A stretch of 64,000 bases of DNA from Octopus vulgaris (GCA_951406725.2 OX597815.1:139376001-139440000); one strand, 5' to 3'; counted from the stretch's first letter, positions 13,885 through 27,108 are shown. The notes: generated by a model not told the origin, from the letters alone. Made by a program: numbers and translations.

Positions 13885-14211
13885 TCGTGTGTGTGTTTGT
13901 GTATCTGAGGGAGAGAGTATGAAAATAGTCTACATTTGTTTGCTTCTGAGTATCTTTCTACCTCCTATGTGGTTCCTTTCTAATAACTTTCTCGTACGCG
14001 TGTTAAGTATAACCTGTCTATACCAGCTTTGTTTTTTAATAAAGTTAAACTTTAGTGTCAACTGTCGTGGCTTGTGGGTTTACAACATAGGGGTCTCATT
14101 TCTAGTACTGCCACTTCCCGTGTCCGCCGTAATATCTTTTTCTGAATCCATGAATATTTTAGAAGGTTCTCCAAATAGTTGTTTGTTTCTTCTACCTAAT
14201 GTTACTTTTTA

Positions 14212-14263
<52 letters not shown>

Positions 14264-14297
14264 ATATCTGTATGCATGTTTGTGTGTGTGTATGTAT

Positions 14298-15350
14298 ATC
14301 CTTAAATCCTTAAAAGATTTTCAGCCCGAAGGCTGCGGCCATGCTGGGGCACCACCGCTGAATGAGCTACACTAATATGTGAATCTTTCTCTGATACGTG
14401 GCACTTGGTCAACAAGGGAGTTCGATGTCGCTGCCCGCATCTGTGTCTCCTGTCGTGAGGTAGGTTTATCTGGGACCCCCGACAAGAAGAGATCCAGTTT
14501 AGTTTTAAAGAAACCTACATCCACACCATGCAAGTCTCTCAAGCATTTAGGGAGGATGTTAAAGAGCTGTGGTTCTCTGAAACCCAAGCTGTTGCAGTAT
14601 CTGGTCCTGTATTTTGATGGTGATGTTGGAATTTTTGGCACCATGCAGTGGCGCCCCGTTCTGCGGTTGGGATAACTTTCAATGCCAAAGTTTGGGACAA
14701 GACCCTCCAGGATTTTCCAGATGTATATCACCGCATATCTCTCCCGCCTTCAATCTAGGGAGAAGAGTTTTAATACTTTCAGTCTTTACCAGTAGCTGAT
14801 ATGTTGCATTGAGACGATCTTCTTTTTTGTAGCTTCTTTGAATTGCTTTGAGTTCTGCTGTTAGTTTTATATTGTGTGGTGATCATATTTGGGAGCAGTA
14901 ATCCAAGCGGCTAAGGACGAAAGTTTTCCACGGGACCATGAGTGTCTCCTTCTCTCTTGTTCTGAAAGTTCGGAGAATCCATCCAGCTAGCCGTCTGCAT
15001 TTTATCACCAAATTAGTAATATGCACTTGGAAAGATGCATCATTGCTCATGTCAATGCCCAGGTCACGCACTGATTTTGATTCAGGGATTGCAAGTCTTC
15101 CCGGGCCAGTATATCTAGTCTGCATGTCGTTTACCTTTGTGTGCAGGTAGCGCAGGGCCTGAAACTTACCTGCAATAAACTGCATGTTGTTGTCCTCAGC
15201 CCACCTGTATATTGTATCCAACTCCTGTTGCAGATGTGCAATATTTCCAGAGTATTGTATTGTGTGGGAAACTCTTGTGTCATCTGCATAGCTAGCATGG
15301 GTGGCCATCTTAGTAACTGAGGGCATGTCTGAAAGGGCCATTATGAACAG
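14298..15350 (-). mobile_element. CR1-like LINE, 5'-truncated (RT C-terminus plus 3' end)
   Basis: ORFs 14883-15362 (LFIMALSDMP..SYADDTRV..RDLGI..SRLDYCSQI) and 14372-14731. It ends in hairpin CAGCC-TTCG-GGCTG and the 8-mer tandem (TTAAGGAT)2. Confidence 0.9.
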
Positions 15351-15409
15351 ACGGAGAAGCACATGTATGTATGCATGTATGCATATGTATGTATGTATGT
15401 ATGTATGTA

Positions 15410-15749
15410 CTAGGTTGTCAAGAAAGTTCTTGCGTTTTTATACTTATCATCTTCAAGACTCTCGTCATCGCTACGAAATATCTTGAACCACTATCCTGTT
15501 GTAAGTTCCTGGGCCAAACACATCGTTGATATCGCGAGCTGCTTCAGCGGCTTTTCGGCCTAGTTTGAACTGGAATAAGAAAATTGTGCAAATTTTCTCT
15601 TTGTCCATGTTGTATTCAACGTTCCGGTAGAGCAAAAAACGGTCTTTAAAATTATACATAAAGTCAAAGTGATTTAACGAAAAATAATTTGAAAATAATC
15701 ATTTAAAACCAAAAGTAAAAATTCCGCAAGAACTTTCTTGACAATCTAA
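15410..15749 (-). mobile_element. Internally deleted mariner transposon
   Basis: 25-bp TIRs CTAGGTTGTCAAGAAAGTTCTTGCG / CGCAAGAACTTTCTTGACAATCTAA with TA on both sides. Internal peptide MDKEKICTIFLFQFKLGRKAAEAARDINDVFGPGT..DDESLEDD is a mariner N-terminal HTH. Confidence 0.92.
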
Positions 15750-15779
15750 TATGTATGTATGCATATATTTATGTGCCTG

Positions 15780-15995
15780 GGTCTTTGTGTTAGCGTTCTT
15801 CCCCTACCATTGTTTGACAAACGATCCTGGTGTGTTTACATCCCCGTAACCTAGTGGTTCGACAAAGGGGACAATAGAATAAGTACTAGGTTTACAAAGA
15901 ATAAGTCGTAGGTTCTATTTCTTCGATTAAAACCCTTTAAGCTGGTGCTCCAACATAGCCTCAGTCAAATGACTGAAACAAGTAAAAAGAATAAG
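15780..15995 (+). mobile_element. SINE family A, 3' half
   Basis: GGTGTGTTTACATCCCCGTAACCTAG..ATAGAATAAGTACTAGG..GGTGCTCCAACAT..CAGTCAAATGACTGAAACAAGTAAAA. Confidence 0.85.
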
Positions 15996-16840
15996 AATTT
16001 TCTACGTACTTTTCATATCACTGCATTACTTTAATTATCAGACGATCAGACGTCATTATCAGCTGCTGATCAAACTTCGCATTCTTGTAGCTTCCGAATG
16101 ATACCAATCCGTTGGTTACGTGGGCGGGCCAAACTTTCATACAATATTTAAAAATATATTCAAACAACAGATATTTCAAGGGAAAATAGGCTCGGATTAC
16201 CAACCGAACGATCGGATACGTTTTATTATGGTATAGTCTACACTGGCGTACTGAGTTCTGTGGAGGCGCAATGGCCCAGTGGTTAGGGCAGCGGACTCGC
16301 GGTCGTAGGATCGCGGTTTCGATTCCCAGACCGGACGTTGTGAGTGTTTATTGAGCGAAAACATCTAAAGCTCTACGAGGCTCCGGCAGGGATGGTGGTG
16401 ATCCCTGCTGTACTCTTTCACCACAACTTTCTCTCACTCTTACTTCCTGTTTCTGCTGTACCTGTATTTCAAAGGGCCGGCTTTGTCACTCTCTGTGTCA
16501 CGCTGAATATCCCCGAGAACTACGTTAAGGGTACACGTGTCTGTGGAGTGCTCAGCCACTTACAGGTTAATTTCACGAGCAGGCTGTTCCGTTGATCGGA
16601 TCAACTGGAACCCTCATCGTCGTAACCGACGGAGTGCTTCCACTGAGTTCTATAAGTCATCGCTTTTCTGTATGTATATGCATATATATACAAATATATA
16701 CATTTAGTTAAGTTTCGTAAAACGAAAAATTAACAGTATTTCTAGCAGAGAAGCACATTGCGATCAGCAATGGATAACAACATCCGATCGTCTGATCATT
16801 GGACTAACGCAGTGATATGAAAGATATAAATAAAATTCTT
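15993..16840. mobile_element. Old MITE-like element with ~80-bp imperfect TIRs, hosting a SINE insertion
   Basis: Left TTTCATATCACTGCATTACTTTAATTATCAGACGATCAGAC..GCTGATC is the reverse complement, with mismatches, of right GATCAGC..ATCCGATCGTCTGATCATTGGACTAACGCAGTGATATGAAAG. Confidence 0.65.
16260..16641 (+). mobile_element. tRNA-derived SINE family C, full length with TSD
   Basis: A-box TGGCCCAGTGG, B-box GGTTTCGATTCC, and a 10-bp TSD ACTGAGTTCT at 16250-16259 and 16642-16651. Confidence 0.92.
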
Positions 16841-17524
16841 ATCGTTTAGTTGTTTTATAAAATAAAATTCTTTAAAAAAAAAAAAATTATGTTGCTGTTT
16901 CAATTGGAATATTTTAACTCACACACGCTGTTCCAATATGGTGCATATCGTACTACTAGATCAGTTAAAATTTTAACAAGCAAATATGTGTTTAACAAAT
17001 GCTTTGTTTGTCGAGCATTTCACTTTAACAGCAAAACTATCTTAATAACTCAAATTCTAACTGGCCACATTATTTTATCGTGTGTGTTCTTTTATTGATC
17101 ACGACTCATCTACAGCAAACACGTAACTCAATCCTTATGAAATCTCATTTCTTTTATTAGTCTTTTACAATTTTATTTGGTTATTCATCAAATATTTCTC
17201 AGTAATAACAAATAGCATTAACAGCTTGCAAAACAACCTTTTAAAACATTTCAATTATTGAAAACATTCTTAAAACTATCTAAATACATGTCAGAATATA
17301 TGTACAACATTTGCGAATCCAATAAAATTTGCTCGATCAATTTTCTTTATAAGAAAGAAAAGCATAATTGAAGAGTAGACAAATATTTTGAGAAGTAGCA
17401 GCGCTCAGGTTTCATAATTGCTTTTTCAATTTTCAATCAGTTCAAAAAATAGAATGAAAGATAAATTCTATCGGGTTTATTGAGTGTTCAATTGCAAGCT
17501 TCATTATTGCTCATAATCTAATTC

Positions 17525-17587
<63 letters not shown>

Positions 17588-17874
17588 GAAATCGACTTAT
17601 CCCTTCTCCAAAATGGCTGGCCTTGTGGCAAATTTGAAACCATTATTATTATTATTATTTCCTCTTTATCACATATTTTGTTGGAGCTCCTGGAGTCTAG
17701 CATGCATAGCGGGCTATCTAATACTTTCTGCATAATACTTTCCTGATTATTCTGGCCGTGTCAAGGAGGCAAAACCTCTTGTAACAGTTCTGCAGAGCAC
17801 TCTGTTCCAATTTCCAACAATAATTCGCCCTAGGTTCACCTTCTCCATTTTCCATTTCGTACTTAAGAGGGTTG

Positions 17875-18070
<196 letters not shown>

Positions 18071-18103
18071 TTTTCGCCTTCCTTCTTGACTATTCGTGGG
18101 TCA

Positions 18104-18138
<35 letters not shown>

Positions 18139-18139
<1 letters not shown>

Positions 18140-18352
18140 GGCGGTGAGCTGGCAGAAACGTTAGCATGCCAGGCGAAATCCTTAGCGGTATTTCGTCTGC
18201 AGCTACGTTCAGAGTTCACGTTCCGCCGAGGTCGACTTTACCTTTCATTTTTTCGGGTTCGATAAATTAAGTACCAGTTGAACACAGAGTTCGATGTAAT
18301 CGCCACATCCCCTCCTCTAAAATGGCTGCCCTTGTGACAAAATTTGAAACAA
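18139..18352 (+). mobile_element. SINE family B within (TTA)n
   Basis: AGGCGGTGAGCTGGCAGAAACGTTAGC..GAGTTCA..CCGCCGAGGTCGACTTTACCTTTCAT..AAGTACCAG. Confidence 0.9.
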
Positions 18353-18359
18353 TTATTAC

Positions 18360-18409
<50 letters not shown>

Positions 18410-18410
<1 letters not shown>

Positions 18411-18616
18411 AGCAGTGAGCTGGCATAAACGTTAGCACACTGGATAAAATGCTTAGCGGCATTTTGCTCGTCTTTACGCTCAAATTACACTAAGGTTGAC
18501 TTTGCCTTTCATCCTCTCGAAATCGATAAAACAATAACCATTTGAGTACTGGGGGTTGTTGTAATCGATTGATCTCCTCCCAAAAATTTTAGCTTTTGTG
18601 CTTATAGTAGAAAGGA
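18410..18616 (+). mobile_element. SINE family B, diverged copy
   Basis: Same motifs as 18139-18352, flanked by (TTA)n. Confidence 0.8.
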
Positions 18617-19867
18617 TTATTATTATTGTGTTGGTGGTAATTTCTTTTATTGTTACATCGATAATGAAAATCGACATTGATATATATTTCATTCATTTAT
18701 ACTGGTGCAAGATTGTAAAGCCTTAACTCTGTTCCGTACAGGTCAGTCCACAAATACATTTGAAAGAAAGTGCAAAAACATTCTATAATTCAGCTAATAC
18801 TTTGAAAGTATATAAGAAAAAATAACTAATTGTTGATGACAAATGATAGAATTAACAAATATTTCAAATGTTCTCACAAAGTGCTTTCCCACAATGCGAA
18901 ATCTATTTTCTATCTTTAATACAATTGTCAGCCATTTATTCTTCAGCCAGAATATCAATAACGGTATCAAATTTGAAAATTACATTTTAAAACCATCTAA
19001 ACATTACTCTAGGCATGCGTTTTCTCCTTTCATTTTAATATTCGATCGATTTCTTTTTATATTGATCCAGTTTACATTTGTAAATTGTTATTACTAAAAA
19101 CGTTTGTTGTTGCTTTTTAATTTCATTAAACTTTTCTTTTTTTTATTTTTTGTCACAGTTGATATTATTTGAAGATCGTTTGTTCTATGATTTCACCGTC
19201 TAAACATTATCTTTATTCCTCAGACGGTGTTTGTCACTATGAACTATCTCACTTCTATCCAAATTATTTATTTGTTTATTTTCTAATTATTCTTTCATTT
19301 TCTCAGCCTGAGAAATCAGTACACACATTTAGTACATTTCCTCCTTATAGTCTGCATATTATCTCTAACAACAGGCTTAGTATCACTATCAGACTAACTC
19401 ATCACTTTGTCTTCTTCCCCATCCCTTACTTTCACTCTAGTTGTTTCGCTTCCTTAGTCACTACCCTCACTATCTCACACCCTCTCAGTCTCTCTCTCTC
19501 TCTCTCTCTCAATCTCTTTAAATATATATATATATATATACCTGTTTATACATACGTACGTATATATATATCTATGTATGTGTGTGTATCCTATCTCTTC
19601 ACTTTCACTTTGCTAATCTCTTCTACTCAACTCATTAATTAACTTTCATCCTGTTTCTGTCAATCACCTCTTCCAATAATAGCACATAACACTTTGGCAT
19701 TTCATACGTCTTTCTACTCCTTCTTTTCTTTCTTTTTTCACCTGCTCATTCTCATCTATTCCGCTTTTTCTCTAACTCTCTCTCACCATCTCTTTTCATT
19801 CCACATCTCTTTCACATACATTTCGCCTCTATTTTGATCAACTCTCACTCTTTCTTTCTTTCGTAAA

Positions 19868-19903
19868 ATATATATATATAAATGTATATATATATATATA
19901 TAA

Positions 19904-19968
<65 letters not shown>

Positions 19969-20240
19969 AATGTATATATATAAATGTATATATATAAATG
20001 TATATATATATATAAATGTATATATATATATATATAATATGTATACATATATATAAATGTATATATATATATATATATATATATAAATGTATATATATAT
20101 ATAAATGTATACATATATATGCATGTATATATATATAAATGTATATATATAAATGTATATATATATAAATGTATTCATATATATATGTGTGCGTGTGTAT
20201 GCATCTTTATAAGTGTGTATGTATGTACGTGTGTACGTGT
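19868..20240. repeat. (TA)n with recurrent TAAATG interruptions
   Basis: Seen directly. Confidence 0.95.
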
Positions 20241-20814
20241 GCGCGTGCGTGTATGAATTATGTATGCCTTTCAACGTTTCGCACTTTCTGTCAACAAAAT
20301 TAAGAAAAGTCAGAGTCCATTAAGTCATTAGTACCAAAGCTGAAATCTCAATCTATTGATATAAGTGAGGTGACAAAAAGTCAGGAAGATGATAAACACA
20401 AAGCTGCTGTGCCAAACAAATCTGAGAAAATAACATCCAATCATTGGAATTATTTCACAGCTGGTGCAGTGGAAACATAACACTATCATAATGGCTTCCA
20501 GATCATCTTTTCTCAGTTCTTTCGTTTTTATCTTCGCATCAACAACAGAATGTATCTAGTCAGCATTGTTTTAGTTTTTTTGTTTTTTTTCAATTAGAAA
20601 TATTATTCCTAATGTATTCATGAATTCAAATCCAAGTTTGCATTCCATGTTCTAGAGTTCAATTCCTATGCATATTGACCATGTTGCCTTTCGTCTTCCT
20701 CGAGTCGAGAAAATAAATACTATACAGATAATAGAATATACTTCCTTTCTATGAATTTGGTGACCATGAGTCATTGTGAGAATCTAGTTTAGAACCGAAC
20801 GTAAATAATAATAA

Positions 20815-20912
20815 TTTTAGAATGTAATTCATCATTTGCAATCATGTGAGCAAGTCAGAGTTATTGACATAAAAGTATGCAGTTAGTCAACACAATGTCC
20901 AGATATATTTAC
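20815..20912 (+). repeat. 98-bp segment, copy 1 (contains candidate 54-nt exon 20821-20874)
   Basis: Identical to 22111-22208. Confidence 0.95.
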
Positions 20913-21165
20913 ACATTCAACTAATCGCACATGTAAGAGGCTAGTATTTTCCACATAAGGTTGAATCATGAACTCATATTACGAGGTTTGAAAATTTAAT
21001 TAATCTTTAGACAACTTTTGAGTCATCCTCGTAGTTCAATTAAATTTTAAATCAATTATTTATGAAGAAGTTTCTGATTTAGAAGTTCTTCATGAGAAGA
21101 GTACCGTATCGCTTTTCGGTGAAAATGTAACATCATACATTTCTCCTCAAGTACATATATGTGTG

Positions 21166-21169
<4 letters not shown>

Positions 21170-21207
<38 letters not shown>

Positions 21208-21209
21208 GC

Positions 21210-21245
<36 letters not shown>

Positions 21246-21273
21246 GCATACATATATATATATATATATATGC

Positions 21274-21308
<35 letters not shown>

Positions 21309-21344
21309 CATACACACACACACACACATGTATATATATATATG

Positions 21345-21397
<53 letters not shown>

Positions 21398-21550
21398 GCA
21401 TACATATATATATACATGTACATACATATATATATATATACATGTGCATACATATATATATGTATTTATATATATATATATGAATATGTATATACGTATA
21501 TATATACATATGTGTCTGTACATGTGTGTGTGTGGTGTGTGTGTGTGCAC
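21170..21550. repeat. Compound TA/CA microsatellite
   Basis: Seen directly. Confidence 0.96.
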
Positions 21551-22110
21551 ATATACATAATTGTCTTTCTAATTCTATGAACGTTCCACCAATGGTTCAG
21601 CTTGATAATATGAAAACTTTGTTAGGCACCCAAAATTGATTTCTTTAGAATTAATAGTTGAAAGAGACACAGTCAATTGAAGTGTTTCTGTTCTATCACC
21701 AGTGGTTGTGTTATCGTCTGAGAAGAGATGAAAGTCAAAGTTTATCACAACTGGATTTCAACTTGAGGCTGAGACAATAGAAAGTTAAAACTAAAACTTT
21801 TACTCTGTTGTCTGTTGTCAGCTTCATTTCAACTATCCTCTACATAGTTTTAATGCTGTCATGCTACAATGCAATAGTGTTAAAAAGCTGTTGCTATTGT
21901 TGTTGCTGTTGTCGTTGTTGAGACCCAAGTCAAACTTGAATCGAGGAAAATCATCATTAAAAATATTCCAGGCATGTCCAGCTCGTCCTATGGTTTGTCT
22001 AGAACTATATCGTACGATGCATGTCTCATACAACGATTCATAAAATACATGTTTCTTTTGCTAAGCCGGAAGAATGTGAGTTCACGTTGAAGTTCCCTGT
22101 ATGTGTAATC

Positions 22111-22208
22111 TTTTAGAATGTAATTCATCATTTGCAATCATGTGAGCAAGTCAGAGTTATTGACATAAAAGTATGCAGTTAGTCAACACAATGTCCAGAT
22201 ATATTTAC
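22111..22208 (+). repeat. 98-bp segment, copy 2 (contains candidate 54-nt exon 22117-22170)
   Basis: Identical to 20815-20912. Confidence 0.95.
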
Positions 22209-23498
22209 CTCTCAGCCAAAAATTATATATATGTATATTATGGCCTTTTGTTTGATAAGGTTTGATAATGATGCTCTTTTGGCACCAGCAGGAAAATATT
22301 AAATAAACTGCAGGGGAGCTATCTAGCTGGCAGGTGGCTTCTATCTTTTCTATGGCAGCCAATCGACATTGATATAAGTGCTAAAATAATTTTAGTACTT
22401 CTTTCTCCTTAACTTTTATCAAGGAAAGGTAACGCCAACTCTGCCGGAATTTGAAATAAAAAGTTAACAGGACCGACCTAAATAGATTATATTTTGCTTC
22501 TTCTTAGTATAACTATATTTTCATTATTTAAACTATTTTTATTACTTTTTACTGACACAGAGCATCACTAGTTTCCTTGGATTTTGTGGGTTTATAAACT
22601 ATTTTAATGTGTTTAGTTAAGAAACATGAACAATTTTTCGTCTATCATCATTTTACATTAAAAATAATTCTAATAACATCAGAACTTAGGTTTTAGAAAG
22701 GATGTTATTGAGACAGCATTACTATTCCTAACATCATTAAGCCGTTAAGTAAATACATTGGTTCCGTATAGGAAATAAAACTATCATCAAGTCTGGAAGA
22801 GAGCATAATTCCCATTTGACGACATCCTTCAAGAACTAGGAGCCAACTTTTCGTGATTTTTTTCTTTTGTTTTTTGTTTTTTCTCATTAAATGTTTCAGA
22901 AATAACAAATACACTTATGATTCCTCAAAATACATCGGAATTCATGGGATTCAAATATCAGTATTTCATGTATTTATATACGATTGCTTTTTCCTTATTA
23001 TATACACTTGCGCTTTGTTACTTTATAAAGTTAGAAATAACGCAAGCAAAATTAACCTTGACTTGAGTACAGATAAAACGAGCTTAATTAAACAATAAGT
23101 CTTTACTGCTTTAAAATATTAGAAACTCATTCACTTCTGGTGTGTGTTTGTGTGAGTACGTGTGCATGTGTGTGCATATGAGGTGTATGTGTGGTATATT
23201 ATGAGATATACAGGAACTATATACGTAAGCTACGTATAGCTATTTAACGGTATATTTCCAACGCTGATATGTACAAGCGGCCAACTGAATGAAACCACAT
23301 TTCCGGATGTGAATACGAGTTTGTCTTTCATAAATACTGAATACAGGCTTCTCTCACATAAATCGTGTATGCATAGACATAGCTATGTGGGTAAGATGAT
23401 CACTTTGCATCCATAAGGTTTCGTGTACAGTTCCAACTGATGGCTTGAGAGTAAATTTGGTAGGTAGTGGAAATTATTCGGAATTCACCGTATGTTTA

Positions 23499-23534
<36 letters not shown>

Positions 23535-24279
23535 TGTATGTATGTATGTATGTATGTATGTATGTATGTATGTATGAATGAGTGTGTATGTATGCATGTA
23601 TGTGGGGAATGTGTATGCATATATGTATACATGTATGTATGCATGTGAGAAATGTGTTTTTGTGTACATGACTGTGCCTTTGTGTGTATGGTTGTCCCCA
23701 GTGTTGGTTTGTTAACTGCCACTTAAATTTTCGGTTGAGCAAAAGATCGATAGAATAAATACCAGATTTATATATGATTTTACAAAACAAAATTCCAACT
23801 TCTACTATGTTACTTCACAGTTCTTTTGAACTGTTGTCAGCGAATTTAACAACAGCAGTAACAATAAAAAATATATACAAGAAGTTAGAAGAGTGAGGAC
23901 TAATAGAATCTTTCAAGAAAAGATTATTCCCATTTTAAAACTTACTTTGCAGGAAACACCACACGTGACTAACATTAAAACAAAAACCACTGAATTGCTT
24001 TCCACGGTGATTAATGAAATCGGGAGGGAATATTTACGCTAATGTCATATACGCTTTGGTAAATTAATGATCACTTTTAAAAACTCTCAACAACTGCAAT
24101 GAAGGACCGCAGAAATGCTGAAGAAGTAATAAATAAGATCAAAACAATAAATATATGTGCTATTCTGGATTTGGAAAATGGGGACAAGATCATTGATTAA
24201 CAGAAAATTATCTGTTATGTAGCGTTGCTTATCACTGGTAAACAAATATATAACAAAACTATCTATTCGTAAGAAAGAT

Positions 24280-26260
24280 AAAATAGAAAAGATGTTTGCT
24301 AGGAAGAAAGCGTTTGAGTACAAATCAATCACATTAATCACATTTAAATAAGAGTTAAAAGCTTACAGTAAAAACTCCAGGATCAGAAAGGAAGAAAAAT
24401 AAATAAGAAATATAAAAGGAAACCAACTTACAGTTTACAAAAATACAAGGGGCGGGGGTAAGGAATAAATGTCATAGAAGCTTCTTCATCAGAATGATGT
24501 AGATTCATTCAGGAGAAAAATCTGGAGCGAAGAAAATTATTTTAATCTCTGTATTAAAGTAAAATTACGACACTAATGATAAGGCCCTACACACTGATAT
24601 CGAGAAATTCAGAATAAGAAAACACCAGGGAAAGCCTTTATTGTCGAGTACTAGTAAAAACAAATTGACCATTTATCAGGAGTATCCCGTTGATCTTCAT
24701 AGGCAAACTTCGAACTTTGTGAATATATAAATATACCAAGCTGGTTGGTGCTGGCATAAACAAAAATGATACTCGAAAACAATGTCACTACCATGGTGAA
24801 AAGCTGCTGGTATCACATGCCAGAATCTAATGTATGAAATATATACGGCCTGTCTGAAAATTTCCCGCTAGAAACACTGTGATGGTAACAATATAATTAT
24901 AATTGTACAAGCAACTGGGAAGGAATTTGGAGATGTTCTGAATTAACTTTTTTATTAACAGAACTTTGAAGTCAAATGAACGTCCACTTAAAAGGAACTT
25001 GATCGTATTAGATTCTAAAAAAAAAGCCATTGTTTCCCGCTGGAGGATGTCCTTTGGTTTGCTAAAGTTGTAAACACCACAATCAAGACCAAAGACAAAT
25101 TGATTTCGTTCTGAGCCATCTTCCTTTGGAATTAAAAATTAGATTTGGTTCTTTTGTCACTGATAGGCCACAGTAACGAGGAGATATATTTTAGGGTGAC
25201 AATATCTCTGATACTGTTCATACTTCTTTGTTGAGAAAATTTGAAGAGTGGCTCATAGGAAAACAGGAAACCCAACGCAAAACATTGCTTGTGAACGATC
25301 TCAAAGTGTATGCTAAAAATATGAATTGTATGAAGAAAAGTCTTGACCATTTCCTCAATAAATATAAGGACAGGGTTAAGTAGGAATGCATATTCCTGCA
25401 TGATGGTAATACGACGGCAAACTATGCGTGAGTCCGTCATGCAAAATTTATATCTCCGATATTTGATGAGAAAATACTATTGGTCCTAAGACTGAATGAA
25501 TGAATATAGATCCTGCGATGGCATTTTAACAAGGAACGAGTAACCAGGGAATGTAATATTATATTTTAAAAAAATATGGCCTTCACTCTTAAAACGGAAA
25601 CAAGGTTGCCGACGTTTAACATTAATTCATACATGTTTTGAATGCATTATATCTCTTTCACAAGATCTACTAACCACCAAGTGCCGAAGTACGCCCATGC
25701 ATTAAATTTGCATATATGAAGCAGACAGTTTCATGAGAGTTTGAAATGAATTCTTCGAAAAGTATTCCCCGACTAACGACTGAGAAATGGCACAACTCTA
25801 CTACGACAGAACATCAGAGAAAAGTTGCGTGTCAGTATAAGGTTATGCATAACTATTATGCCAAAAAGCTTCACAGTTACAGTATCTTAGAAAAGCTATG
25901 TAGTCTATTTTGAACTAACAACCAAAATATGCTTCGAAGGATCTGCTTCTGCAATACAAGAACAAAACATAGTAGCAGAATATCTGAAGCGAAAAAGTGA
26001 CAGGGATGTTGCTAAACCATTTGAACGTGGAAACTGAAGCATCTATGCTGAAAGAAACACGCACTTATTCGACCCTGCTATAGCTTTAAAAGTATATCTA
26101 TAATTATTGCAGTACTTTGATGTGTATCTAACTGCCTTAAAATCAATCCCGAGAAGCTTAATTTTACAAAAACTGAAAGAAATCGACGAATGAGGAAAAT
26201 ACAGCTACAAAGTATGAAAGTTGTATGAAAGTATGTAAAGCATTTCAGAAATTTATGTAA
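24280..26260 (+). mobile_element. Highly degenerate R4-like LINE, same family as 59431-60428
   Basis: Remnant motifs IF*GD (~25185), LLVNDLKVYAKN (~25283) and FEGSASAIQEQNIVAEYLKRKSDRDVAKP (~25933), the last homologous to FEGYVFAIQEQISIKYLMHKRGRDAGKA at ~59574. Confidence 0.6.
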
Positions 26261-27108
26261 TAAGTGTATATAGAAATGTTAGAGAAGCAAACCTATATAC
26301 GCACCCATACATAAGTCAAAATATACATTCAATGATTTCAAAGCCTGTATACGTCTGTATGTATGCACTTAATGTATGCTGAAGGATACATGCATATAAC
26401 ACAAACATACGTTCATACATACATATATACATGCATACTTACGTGCACAAATGCATCTATATCAAACTGCTGTTATCTAAATTCAATGAAGAGCACGCTT
26501 CTGGGTTAGAATTCCACTTTTTCTACATTGTTATGATATTTAAAAATTAAACCAGAAGAACTTATATGCATGAATATATGAAAGTAGCCTAAACGGAAGG
26601 ACACTAGAAAAATGGATCAAAATACATCCATTAAAATTTCCATCATTTTGTAAGTTTTATACATTATTTATAGCTCAAAACAATTTTATAATATATACAT
26701 GTGTGTGTATGTATATAATTTTATATATATACATAACTTGTATCCTTATTTTAGTCTGTGTACCTTGATATATTTTCCATATACCATTCCGTTTCAGCTT
26801 GTTTTATATATATGTATATATATATATATATCAATGTATAGATATTTGAATTCTTTGCTAAACACTTACAGAAAGCAATATTCTATATTTCTGAATAGCT
26901 ATATATATATAACAGATATTTATTCTTATCAGTAGCATTATTACGTTCCACCTTTTAGAGTTAATCATTGAGCCCTTTCAAAAGTAGGGATTTACATATA
27001 AAATTATAGTGAGTCTTCCGAAATTTTCGGCTGATCTCGGCAGATTCGGATGATTTGAAAAATGCGGTAACGTGGAGATGTATTTATTTGTCCATGTATA
27101 CGTGCGCG

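Noticed and set aside
16261-16335. tRNA-like sequences with A/B boxes (also at 37704, 43681 and 57760)
   Set aside because: They continue into SINE bodies, one has a TSD, and they lack a proper cloverleaf. They are SINE heads, not tRNA genes.
20304-20480. Open frame [39 protein letters not shown]
   Set aside because: Protein-like, but there is no convincing acceptor or start and no recognised homology. BLASTX or RNA-seq would be needed.
22705-22914. Minus-strand ORF containing WLLVLEGCRQMGIMLSSRLDDSFISYTEP
   Set aside because: No proper acceptor (A-rich upstream), opposite strand to the other exon candidates, and no recognised homology.
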